This document shows, in pieces, positions 52,240-64,000 of a stretch of DNA of 64,000 bases. Source of the stretch: Cycas panzhihuaensis (Eukaryota; Plantae; Cycadophyta); the NCBI GenBank assembly GCA_023213395.1, contig CM041465.1:212233741-212297740 (forward strand). The letters are read 5' to 3'. The translations under genes and the position numbers were made by a program. A model generated the notes under the pieces. It did not search any database. It saw nothing but the letters and a program-made list of their open reading frames with translations, and was not told the DNA's origin. How positions within the stretch are numbered: the stretch's first letter is position 1; the number at the start of each line of letters is the position of its first letter.

Positions 52240-54776
52240 ACTTGGTATGCCAATGCTCTGTTTTGAATCCTATACAAGTCCCACATATATGGACCTAGTT
52301 TTTGAATTAAGGTTTATCATAACACCTTTTTCTTTGTCTTGAATATAATTAAAATGATAACAATTATTTTCTTTGAATATAATATCCTTGCTCGTGATGA
52401 CTTTTAGTGCTTTGGGATCATACACTTCATAAGATTTGGAAATATCATTGTAGCTAATAAATATACATTTGATGCTCTTATTATATAGCTTGCTTCTCTT
52501 TTGTTTAGGGACATGGATGTAAGATAGGTAACCAAAGATTTTTAAATGGTAGATACTAGGTTTATATCTAGTCCATGCTTCTTCATATATCATCCACCTA
52601 AGGGCTTTGGTGGTACACCTATTGAGTAAGTAGATAGTAGTATGGATAGATTTTGCCTAAAATTCATGTCCTAGATTCTTATCTTTTAACATACACCTTG
52701 CCATTTCAACTATGATGCGATTCTTTCACTAAACCACCCTATTTTGTTAAGGGGTGTAAGGATTGGTGAGTTGTCTCATGATGCTATGATATATGCAATA
52801 GGCATTAAACTCATTTGAAATAAACTCTCCCCCATTGTCTGATCTTAGGGAGAGTATTTTATGTCCACTTTACCTTTCCACAAAGGTTTTAAAGTTGATA
52901 AAGCATCTAAATACATCTGATTTAAACTTTAAGAAATAGAACTAAGTTTTCATTGTGTAGTCAGCAATGAATGTAAGAAAGTATTTAGCATTTGCTAGTG
53001 AAGGAACATCCATAGGGCTACCAAGATCCATATAGATTAGATGGAGTGGTCCTTTTACTCTATAACTACCATTAGGAAAACATTCTCTATGATGTTTTCT
53101 AGGAGACAACCTTCATAAATATCTTTGTCCACTTCAATATGAGGTAGACCATCAATCATATCCATTTTCTTTATGAGTGCTAAACTATTATAATTTAGGT
53201 GGGTAAATATTTTATGCCACATATCATTATCAAGCTTGATTGTAGTTTTCAAGCATAGTCATGTGATGGGGTAAGAACAAGCTTGAAGAGTCTATTTTTG
53301 GTCATTTTTCCTTTGGCAACTACCACCTTATTCTTTCTCTTATCCTTAATGGTACATTCACCTTTTGTCAAATATAACTTTATAGTCTTAACCCATCATT
53401 TGTTCCACTGATAAAAGATTTTACTTCAAAGCTAGAACATAAAGTACATCATCAAGATGTTGATATTCACCTAATTCTATCTTTAAGATGATGTTACCAC
53501 TTCTAATAGATTCATGTGAGGTGTCATCTCCAAATATAATGGACCTCTTTCTAGTTCTATCAATGGTTCAAAATATATCATGTTTATTGGTCATATAGGT
53601 GGAGTAATTAGAATCAATATAACAATAGTCTTCTTCTTTCTCATATGCAACAAACTAGGATAAGAATAGTCGATCATTTTTTCTTATTTCAACAACTGTG
53701 TTGGCAATTCCCCTAGTAGATAGACCATTCTTGATGAAACACATATCTTCTATATGACCAACTTTATTGCAGAAAGAACAATGAATTGGATCCTTTTCTC
53801 TATAGCTAAGACTCCTACTTTGAGAATTGGTCGTATCAATAGTGAATGGTCTTCCTCTTTCCAAATATAGAGCTTAATCATCCCTTTGTCTATTATTAGG
53901 ATAATTGAAGTTGATCCTTTGAGAGTTCATATGGCCTTGACAATTGTGGTAACATTGGTTTACCTTATGGTACCTTTCTTGACTTTGATATATGATATGA
54001 CCATGATTTCTTTAGTTTGGTCCTTGATTTCTTAGATGTGGAGCTTGATATCTAGCTTGTCATTCTTGATATACTTCTTGTCTAGGATGTCTTTCTCTCC
54101 CCCTTAGGATTTAATCCCTAGATTTTAAAATTTTAACTTATGAGTTTGATTTGATCCTAGCTTTGGTGGCAAATGCATGCTTTAGTGATTCACTTGTGTT
54201 CTTTCTCTCCTCAATTGCCATTAATATGGCACTTAATTATTTAATTTTTAAGGTACTTAGATCCTTTTAAACTTTTATATTGGTTGCCATCATTTTAAAT
54301 CTTTTTACTTCACCAACACATCTTAAAATTCTCTCATCAACCCTTTGTTTAGTTAATGTTTCACTAAGGGATCTTATATAGTTTATAAGGTCTTGAACTT
54401 TGGTTATGAATTTAGTAACTAAATCATTAGGCATCATGACCAAATTGTAAAATCTACTTCTCAAGGTTTATAGCTTAGATGAGGCTACCCCTTCATAAAT
54501 AAGTTGTAAAGTATCCTAAGCCTCCTTGCATTTAGATGCCTTACTCATCTTAGGAAATGTGTGATCCTTTAGGGCACAAAAAATCAAAGTAAGGGTCTCA
54601 TTATCCTTCTTTACATTTTTCTTGAATGCTAGTTTCTCTGGATCAGTTGTATTTAGACCTCGTTCAGTGTATCCTATCTTTACAATATCCCACATGTCTT
54701 TAGCAATTAGGATAGATCTCATCCTCTTACTCCAATTCAAGAAGTTAGATCCATCAAATTTAAGAATAATCATGTT
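52240..54776 (-). pseudogene. Truncated Ty1/copia gag-protease-integrase
   Basis: FDGSNFLNWSKRMRSILIAKDMWDIV (gag N-terminus); CSFCNKVGHIEDMC zinc knuckle; WHKIFTHLNY (pre-integrase); LRSDNGGEF and 'YEEAWTRYKPSIYHLKIFG' (integrase/SH3). RT not seen. Confidence 0.9.
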
Positions 54777-54800
54777 GCCAAACTAGCTATTATTATATCT

Positions 54801-54910
54801 CAAATAAGGTTTTGATAAGTATCCTTCAAAGTTATAAATGTCCCAAATAAAGTTTTGATAAGTGTCCTCTAAAGTTATAGATGCCCCAAATAAAGTTTTG
54901 TTAAGTATCC
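54801..54910. repeat. 43-bp tandem repeat x2.5 in the copia leader
   Basis: CAAATAARGTTTTGWTAAGTRTCC at 54801, 54844 and 54887. Confidence 0.9.
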
Positions 54911-57057
54911 TAGTCCCTAAGAAGGTTTCTAGGCTCTAAGTTTGTAGGTCTCCAAGGGAAGCCTTCGATTGCTATCTTATCTAATGGTGCATGTCCAAAA
55001 GTGGTAAATTAGGGACTCAATATAATAATATGTAAGAACTAAGCTCAATATAGCTTAGTACATAAGCTACAAAGAAGGTACTAGACCCCTCTGACTTATT
55101 TGTCTAACTTTACTAGTATTATGCCTAGTGATAGATTTAGCAATGATGGCTTTACCAACCAAGACACTAACCCTCTTGAGGTCTAGCCTTGGTCTTTGAA
55201 CTCTAAAATAAAAAAGGTTTTCCACCTCAACCTACCATCTAATACACTAGATAGCCAATATGAATAGGCCAAGGGTGTGTGCATGGTGGTAACTTTAGGG
55301 GTCCTACTTATTCCCCCTACAAGGCTAGAAATAAAGCACATTCTTTCAAGTAATTATCTTATTTAATATGATATATATATATATATATATAAATGCGGTC
55401 TTACTTAGCAAGGTATAATTTCTTTTTAATCAATAACTAAAAAAGAGCTTAACAATAAAAGTAAGATGTATCCTTTAAAATTAAAATCAACAAATACTCC
55501 TTTTGAATAAAGATATACAAATAAAGTAAACAAGCTTTCAATGATTCTAAATGTACCTTGATACCATAAAATTCTTTTGAATAATTTTATGCAAGGGATG
55601 AAAATTAATACACCTTTAAAAGAACCTTGATTGATCAATAAGGAGCTAAAAGAGAACCAAAATGGATCTATAATTTATTTTACTATTTAAAATGACATAT
55701 ATGAACCTTAAAAAGGTAAATACCTATGAAATTATATTATAATTATGTAATGTAATGCACCTTATTTGAGCTTTCAAGCATAATAGAGATGGTCTTAAAT
55801 CAACTTTAAAGATGTTTTACTAATGAGCCAAAAAAATAACTTGAAATATACATGAACTTGCAAAACAAACTTCCATAAGGATTCAAATAAGCCTTCAAAG
55901 AGAATGAAGTGCTTTAAATGATCTTATGTAACTAAGTGCACCTTTAAATGCAATAAAGGATACCTTGATAGATGTTTTTTATTTGTAAACTTTGATAAAG
56001 AGATAAAATAGAGTAAAATGAGCCTTCTACTCATTCCACTATATAGATGAATACACCAAGAATAAATGAAAAATAAATATGATATTATATGAGTGCTTTT
56101 CGAACTATAATAGAATGTGGGGTATGCTTTGGAAGTAAACCTGAAATATGCTTTTTTATTTGACTTTAAATGCACCTTTGAATGAATGCTTTAAGGAGGC
56201 AAAAATGACCTTAAATAAGAAGAAAATATGCTTTAAATGAGCTCTAAAATTAAGTTTATAAGCTAAATGATAAGGTAGCAGCTTTAGAATAAAGTTATAA
56301 GGAGTTTGAGTGCATTGGTTTGAAGTGTTTATTTTTAGAAAGGGCTCCTTCTCTTTAAGAGGTTGAAGTAGGGCTAAATAGTTGTAAATTTTAGTTGTGA
56401 GCCTCTAAAATAGACAAGAAATTGTCAACAATAGATTAGTAGCTCAACATCAAGTAAGTATACCAAGTTGGGATGAAAAAGTAGCTTAAAATATTTGAAA
56501 ATAAGTTAAACAAAGGTCAAAAGAAAACCTTAATCTCACCAACCTTAAAACCCTATAAAATAGTTTTAGATCTCATAAAAAATCACTTTAATGCTTAGAT
56601 AATTTAAATACCTTTCTAATAGATCTAGTCGTTTGAAAAATAGACTCCTAAAATAAAAATTATAATGAAAATAGTATAAGGACCTCTTTAGGGCATCAAA
56701 ACGAGGAGGGAGGAGTTAAGCCCCTTTGACTTAAGTCCATTGGATACCTAAATGATAAATAAAACTAATTATTAAGTAATGTAGGAGGATGACAGACACC
56801 AAGAAGCTATGAGAAGCAGTTAGTCCCCTTCAGATTGAGAAAAAACCAATGAATAACTAAATTTTTAATGAAAAAAACCTTTTGAAGACTTAAGCCAGAG
56901 GTCATATGGGTGAAATTAGTATTTGGAGGCTAAGAGGAAAGCGGGTAGACTTAAAATGATATAAAATGTACTTTAATCAAATCATATTAAGGTTTAAACT
57001 TAATCAAAATTTATTTTTTAACATGTACATCCTAGCAAAAAAATGGGCGTACCCATG

Positions 57058-57138
<81 letters not shown>
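57058..57138. repeat. (GA)n microsatellite
   Basis: Seen directly in the sequence. Confidence 0.95.
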
Positions 57139-57142
<4 letters not shown>

Positions 57143-57865
57143 CAAAATCGATAAAAATGATCATGGTTCATCCTAAAATCTAACAAGGTGGGTGCCACAG
57201 AGCTAGAAAGAGATTTGCAAAAGAAATCCAAAGAAAAATAGATCAAGAATGGACTTTTTCGATGTTAGATGGCTGTGGAGGGTGCATGGGTATTGGAATG
57301 ATGTATGACCCATAAAGAGATCAGAATCAGACTAAGATAGCTCTATTTACCTCTTAGTAGGCCTACACCTAAGTTTTGAAATTTATTTAATAAAAAATAA
57401 AAGAGAAATGACCAAATGAAAAGAGGAGAAATGGGGTTTCACTGGCCAGAGTAAGTAGTCGAGCTTTTAGGAGGTAGATCTTTGCATAGAGACAATAGAT
57501 TTTTGATCTGTCAGTTTCATTGCAAAGCTAGTTTACTAAGGATTCTAATAAGTAGTCATGTGTTAAGGTTTCATGCACTAAGGAGAGAGCACTAGCCCGT
57601 CGAAGCTCAGGAAGGAGGTAGGAACCTCAAGAAAACTAAAAAAATGATTAAATATCTTTATAAAACTTGACAAAATCATAGTATAAGAACTCCAAACATG
57701 CATTAGGTTATTTATGATAGTAATGGTTGTGAAAACTTGAAGAAACTTTGAAGATTTGAAGCTTATGGATGAAAATAATTAAATATTTCAATAAAACACT
57801 ATGAAAACTATTGAAATAAAGTTAGAAAATGAATAAATATTATACATAAACTTGTCATGAGCTCA

Positions 57866-57876
57866 CTCTAATACCA
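57866..57876 (-). promoter_or_regulatory. tRNA-iMet PBS of a minus-strand LTR element (possibly the copia at 52240-54776)
   Basis: Minus strand ...CTCTCA-TT-TGGTATTAGAG; LTR edge at ~57879. Confidence 0.6.
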
Positions 57877-58615
57877 AATGAGAGTGCAAAGGATAGAGTA
57901 TGTCATTAAACATTAATCCATAACTGAAACATTATAGTAAATCTTTAATATTTGATGGCAGTGTTAAAAAACACCAGGGTGGTACACCCAAAATATTTAT
58001 AGATTTGGGGAGGTGGTAGTCTACCTCTACCTAACCGTTAGTCCAATAATTAAAAAATAATAAATCAAAGTATAAACTTATCTTATCAGCTCAAGGATGG
58101 CTAGTGGTGGCTCGTAGATGACTAGTGGTGGCTCTTTAGTTTCTAAGATGCCTTTGCACATAGATTAAATATAATAGGCATTATTCTAACATAAAAGTGC
58201 CTTAGAGTGGTAGATGGTGGGGTATTCTCCTTAATTAAGTACTACTCTTCTAGCTACTTAGAAGGCATCGATCTTAAGCTAGAAAGGTTGTTATAGTTTT
58301 GGCAATATAAGATTGGGTTTATGCATAAGGTATCCTTTAATTTCTCAAAAGTAATATCCTACCTAATTCAAGGGTACCTTACTTTTTATGATAGGATAAA
58401 GGTCATAGGTAATGTATGTGTAGATGTAAATATTCTTGTGAAACTTCATAAACTTTATGAAGCTATGTAAATTAGTCAATATATTAAGCAAAGGGTAGTT
58501 GTTGATTGCTTAGTCTTTTCTAGGTCAATATGAATGCCCCATAAATCAATAATAAATCCCAAATATGTAATTAATTCATATTCAAAGTAAGATTTACTCT
58601 TCTTTGTTTATAATG

Positions 58616-59110
58616 TATTACATTCCCAATTTATAAAGAAGTTAATTTTAGGAGAAATAAAGAAGTTGATATTTTCATAAGAATAGTCATTACATCTCTA
58701 AATTAGATGAAGTCAGTATTTTAAGGAGAGAATTAGAAGTTGGGTCTAGAGAGAGAAAACAAGGCTATAAATAGAGGATCCTCATTCATTTATGTTCATC
58801 TTAGAGAATTTAATATTTTATGGGATTGATGATCTTACACCATTATGGCATATTGTGCTAATTAGGAAGACACCCTTACCTCAAAGAGGGTATTATTACT
58901 GTTAAACCTTTCATCTATTATTATTATATTGCTATTATGATCTCATATTATTATTGCAATTCATGATATTATTCTGTGGAAGGTTTATCTTTATTTTATA
59001 GTGGAGTTTTATTGTCATCACGTGATGCATGAATGTTGAGAATAGTATTATCTATGGATTTTTATTACAATTATTGCCATTTATATTATATGTGTATGGG
59101 CACCATAACA
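58616..59110 (+). repeat. 5' LTR
   Basis: TATTACATTCC...ATAACA; TATAAATAG ~58766; similar to 61766-62259. Confidence 0.88.
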
Positions 59111-61765
59111 TTGGTATCAAAGTGAGGAATTTATAAGTAAAAGAAGACAAATTTAGTGGCATTATACTATGTATCAGAAACCTATGATATGATCAAACAC
59201 AATCTTGACATGTCATTTATGGGTTAAGGTGTTATGGTATTTACATGGTGATGTAGTGATTACATGGTCAATGTACTTTTACCTTGATTACTTTTATTAC
59301 AACATTACTATAGAGTTACCCAGCATCAAGGGTAAGGTTATTATCCCATCATCCTTCAAAATATTCATCCATCTCTATTGATAGAAGGGTATAGATATAC
59401 ATTTAAGGAGTACTATTTAGAAACCATACAAAGGTAAAGATACACACAATAAGTCAAATTTTTCCATTCATTTATTAAGCCACAAAAGTATAGCAAAGAA
59501 TGTTGTGGGTCATAAGATAAGTGTAGGACACGTTTAGGAGCATCACATCAAGTAGATTTTGGTAAGGTCAATGAATCATTATAGAATATTACCATTCTCA
59601 AGGCTAAAGAGGGATTATAGTAATTCTTGGGATTGAAGCACAATCATAATAGGTGACTCCAAATGTGTGAGTGTTAATCCATTTATAAAAGATAACAAAT
59701 ATATAGAATGTTGGGTAGTCAACCATCCATAAATCCTCAAAAAACTTGTAGAGCATCTCCATGATCCGCCCTTCCATTCGTAGGGTGAATCCTTATATAG
59801 AACACATAGATGCAAGTATATATAAGACTTTTACACATTTTTTCTTTCTAAGGTTTTATTTTTTTATTTAATAAAATTTAATATTTGGTTAAAGTTCACC
59901 CCCCTCAAGGTCATGTGATTACCCAATATGACTAAGGGCTAAGTTCAAAAGAAAAAGGGGCTGCCATTTTTTTTTTTTCATTTGACTTTTCAGAAGGGAC
60001 ATCTAGATGTTTTCCTTGATAACTCCTAATACAAATGCTAGAATTCAATCTGATCTAAACCATTGGAATTTTAGTTTGTAGATGATCAATTTAAATGGTT
60101 ATGTAGTGCAATACTAACCAATCTTTGATGTAGATTTTAATCATTAATGTTGCAAATCTTATTGACAAAAGAAACAAATAGAGAACCTAGAAAAGGTAGT
60201 ATAGAGGTTTCACTTAATAGGAACATTTTAGAGCATCCAAGATTTCTTCTTAGAAGGAAGCATGATGGCTACATAATAACTTCAACATGTCAACAAATAT
60301 TGTGAACTCTCACCAAATACGTAGCTTAAAATTTATGGACCATATGTTCAGTGATACTTAATGGGAGAAGCTCTTGATTGGTTCATTAATTAGTCAAGTA
60401 AACTAAGAGTATTTAGTAAATGGATGTGGTTTTCGATGCCATTTCCTATAACAGCTGATAAATGGGAGTAAGATAATAAAATTCAAAATAAACTAGTGCT
60501 AGAGGACTTAGAAAGTTAGCCCAAGGAGAAATATATAATAAGGAAGATGAGCATTAAGAGGACAAATCAAATCAATATTAGTTGATGCACAAGCAAAATG
60601 AAGATGCCAAAGAATTAGAGCAGGATTTAACAAAGCAAGGAGGATCCATCTAGCATTATGAGTAGCCCAAGGGAGAGTCCATATAAACAAACAAATCTAA
60701 CAAGGTATCTAGCATAAATCTTATGTTACATAGGCATATTTCCTTTGGTAGTTTCATCTTTCCTATTTCTTTTTCATACTCAATAGTTATAAAGAAATTG
60801 TCTCCTTCCTATCCCATAACTTTCCAAACTCTTAAACCCATTAATTCAAAATTCTTCATAGGATAAATCACAATCCCTCTTCATAATAGTAGTTTAATTC
60901 TCTACTTACATACTCCATCATCCCTTAGATACTTCCCTTAATAGAATGTTTTAATCCTTCTATTCTTCCTTTATCATATTTTATCTCCTAGTACAATGAT
61001 TAACCTTTATAAAAAATCATCTTATCTATCTCAACTTCCCACAATTCTATACCACTTGCACAATTTTTTTCCATTAAGTCCTTAATATAGTTCCACCCCT
61101 ATTTCTAAACTCTTATTAAAATCCTTTTCCCATAAAAAGTGTCTATCCCTAATCCCACATTTATCTTTTCCCTGGAATATTCTAGTGGTCTAACCAATAG
61201 TGAAATAATTCTAAACCCTATTCAAATTAATCTCTAATTATTATGTACTTGCTACTATATATCTTTTTATCCTTATTTCCTATGCTTTAAAATATATGGC
61301 TAGTCACCTCATTGAATCCTAATTCTTCCACTCCCTCTTACACTATGCAATCATTAATGCATGATCCTTATGATCAATTATTTTCTAGACTCCTAGAAGT
61401 ACATCATAACATTCCTCACAAAATCTCTCTACATTCTCACCACCTCTTATCCCTTGAACAATATCATTTAAGGATAAAATATGTAATAATAACATAGAAT
61501 CATGGCCAAGCATCATTATCATCCCATAGGTCCCATGATCACTTTTGTATAAGATGGATTATAAACAACAATAAGCCCTAGAAATAGATATCTATAGGTT
61601 CAAGTTATATGACATTTATCTCCAATAAAAGGCACTAGTTTAGATCAAATTTTATAATATAAAGGACTTAATAAGTGGAAAAATAATTGGGTAAAGCATG
61701 AAGGAGCAACTTCACATACAACTACCTATACTTTAAGGGTAAAGTATTTTAAGGTAAGGGGGAGT

Positions 61766-62259
61766 TGTTACATTCCTAATCTATGAAGAAGTTAGTTTTA
61801 GGAGAAATAAAGAAGTTAGTACTTTTAGGAGAATAGATGTTACATCCTTAAATTAGATGAAGAAGGTATTTTAATGAGAAAGAATTAGAAGTTGGGTCTA
61901 AAGAAAGAAAATAAGGTTATAAATAGAGGAGCCTCATTCATTTATGTTCATCTTAGAAAATTTAATATTTTATAGGACTAATGGCCTTATGCCATTAGGG
62001 CACATTGTGCCAACTAAGAGGACACCTTCATCTCAAAGAGGACATTACTATTATTGGACCTTTTATCTTTTATTATTTTATTATTATTATAATCTTATAT
62101 TATTACTATAATTTATGATATTATTCTATGGATGGTTTATCTTTATTTCATGGTGGAGTTTTATTATGATAACCTAACATATAAATGTTAAGCTAGTATT
62201 ATCTATGGATTTCTATTATGATTATTAACATTTATATTATATGTATATGGGAACTAGCA
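61766..62259 (+). repeat. 3' LTR
   Basis: TGTTACATTCC...TAGCA. Confidence 0.88.
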
Positions 62260-62536
62260 TAAGGTCATCAATCTTATAAAATATTTTAGCATTAGTCTCT
62301 TAGTGAAATACACTTTATGTGCATTTAGATGTAATTTTGGGTTCATATCATTAGGCGAGAAAATCCTAATCCCAATGCTCACCCTCAATAATAAAAGGTG
62401 AAATCTCAAGGAGGGAGTATTTATTCATTCTCACCTCCACACTTTGCTCCTATATCTTATTTAATCTATTTTTCATTCTCTATTTCCATTGTGTATATGT
62501 GAGTAATTTATTCCCTATATCCATAATTCCTTCATG

Positions 62537-62548
62537 TGGTATCAAAGC
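62537..62548 (+). promoter_or_regulatory. tRNA-iMet PBS of a further plus-strand LTR element running off the window
   Basis: ...CCTTCA-TG-TGGTATCAAAGC; the upstream LTR (possibly from ~58289) is split by the 58616-62259 element. Confidence 0.65.
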
Positions 62549-64000
62549 TAGAAGGGGATCTATTCACTCCATTCCACTTGCATAGAGTAATTTTTGTCTT
62601 TCCTTCACCTTCAATATGAAGTATTTAGAGTGCACTTATTATCTTCAAAATTTTGAGAGATTAAAATTATATTATTTTATATGTTTCTACTTTCTCTATG
62701 TGTGAAAAATTTTAGAGGTTAAAAAGATAAATTTTTGAAGTTGTTTGGTTGCTAGAATAGCCTTAGAAGCATTAAAGACCTAAAATTTTATGAAATTTTT
62801 GACCATCTCAGATTTTGATAAAATTTGACATGTAGAGTTCTCTTTCCAAGAGGGTCATTTTTGTCTTCTATAGTATCTTTAGATCTAGCCTACAACAGTG
62901 AGTTTTGGCTAAAATAAAAGGTCAAAATTTATAGATAAGTGACTTAAGGTACTTTTCTTAATGAAATCCTTTAAAAATAAGCTAAAAATCTAAAAGTTAT
63001 TTTTAGAGATGTAGTAGATTTATATATCTAGAGAATTTTAAAATAAATCTCATCAAATTTCATCCACTAGTTAGTGAGATCTTTGCAGGTTTCTCACACA
63101 TACTAAATTTGCCTACTCAACCCTACAAAAGACTTTGTGAGGGTATTTCTGGTAGGTTTTTGGCTGATTTAGAGATGGTGTAAAAGAAAAAGTTAATGTA
63201 TATATCAAGATGAAGATTTTAAGATATTAAAGTTTGGATTTTGAGATAGTGGATCTCACAAGATTCTGCTTTTGTTTTTTTTTTTTTACTAAAGTGTGTT
63301 TTGCCTTTTTAGAAATCTAACTTTACTACCATATCAAAAATGATATTTTGAATACTTTTTTCTTCTACCATAAATTCAAATTCTAACATTTAGACCTTCA
63401 TATTTGTAATTTTTTAAAAAATTACCTATTTATTATTTATAAATTTTATGAGAAAAAAAAATCATAAAATAGGGCAAAATAGCATGCATCTAAATTTATA
63501 AAAATTAGTATTTTAATGGTAAGTTGATCTACTTTTTAGCCCTTTGTGGATTTTGTATTGAAATTTCTAAAAACATATTTAGAAACATTATACTAAAGTA
63601 AGGGAAACCTTGGATCAAAAGCAACATCTGGTTCCCCTACTAAATCTATCATACTCTTTCTATTTACACACACAACATAAAGAAGTAGCAACAATAAATC
63701 AAATAGCAATAATAAAGCAAACACAAAAGATAAGCAAGCACATTTGGAAACTTTTCATTTCATTTTTTAATTATTTAGAAACAACTTATATTATTTCCTA
63801 AAATGAATCTCATTCATATGACTTATACTGCCAAGTCTTGACTTATGCACACACTCACCTTAGTTGAAATATACCATAGTTGGTTAACATCTGGGCCCTA
63901 AGGAAGGTATAAGTTTTATACTAGGTCTAGTCTTAACTAAAATAATGGTGGAGGGATAGGTTTATTGGAGCACATGATGCTAAGTATCATGAGGAAGTCC

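Larger units (their letters stand above)
58616..62259 (+). mobile_element. Non-autonomous LTR retrotransposon (3.6 kb, probably gypsy-derived)
   Basis: LTRs 58616-59110 and 61766-62259; PBS TGGTATCAAAG 59112-59122; PPT AAGGGGGAG 61756-61764; TSD TAATG/TAAGG. Only a gag-like scrap 'YLMGEALDWFI' ~60355. Confidence 0.88.

Noticed and set aside
56966-57246. ERERER / LSLSLS ORFs
   Set aside because: Translation of (GA)n

Overview
AT-rich, heavily C->T/G->A-decayed plant heterochromatin made almost entirely of nested retrotransposons. I found no host protein-coding gene, RNA gene or CRISPR array. Contents: (i) three apparently full-length, TSD-flanked, pseudogenised plant L1 LINEs (ORF1 DUF4283/zinc knuckle; ORF2 APE-RT-zf-RNase H) at ~4854-11276 (+), 15404-21598 (-) and 41867-48082 (+); (ii) decayed Ty3/gypsy coding remnants (chromovirus-like 1385-4125 +; Athila-like 34160-49020 -, interrupted) and a truncated Ty1/copia (52240-54776 -); (iii) a second non-autonomous LTR element at 58616-62259; (iv) three insertions of an unusual non-autonomous ~500-bp-LTR family ('family X': 1-1384, 25643-30370, and a tandem LTR-int-LTR-int-LTR array at 37403-48627). 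All six family-X LTRs carry an extra LTR terminus plus a tRNA-iMet PBS inside U5, 17-20 bp before the real end. The tandem copies also carry an inverted block that creates a 75-bp U5 hairpin with the true PBS in the loop. The three LINEs share a covarying 3'-UTR stem-loop. Coordinates were read by eye; boundaries of decayed coding regions are approximate.
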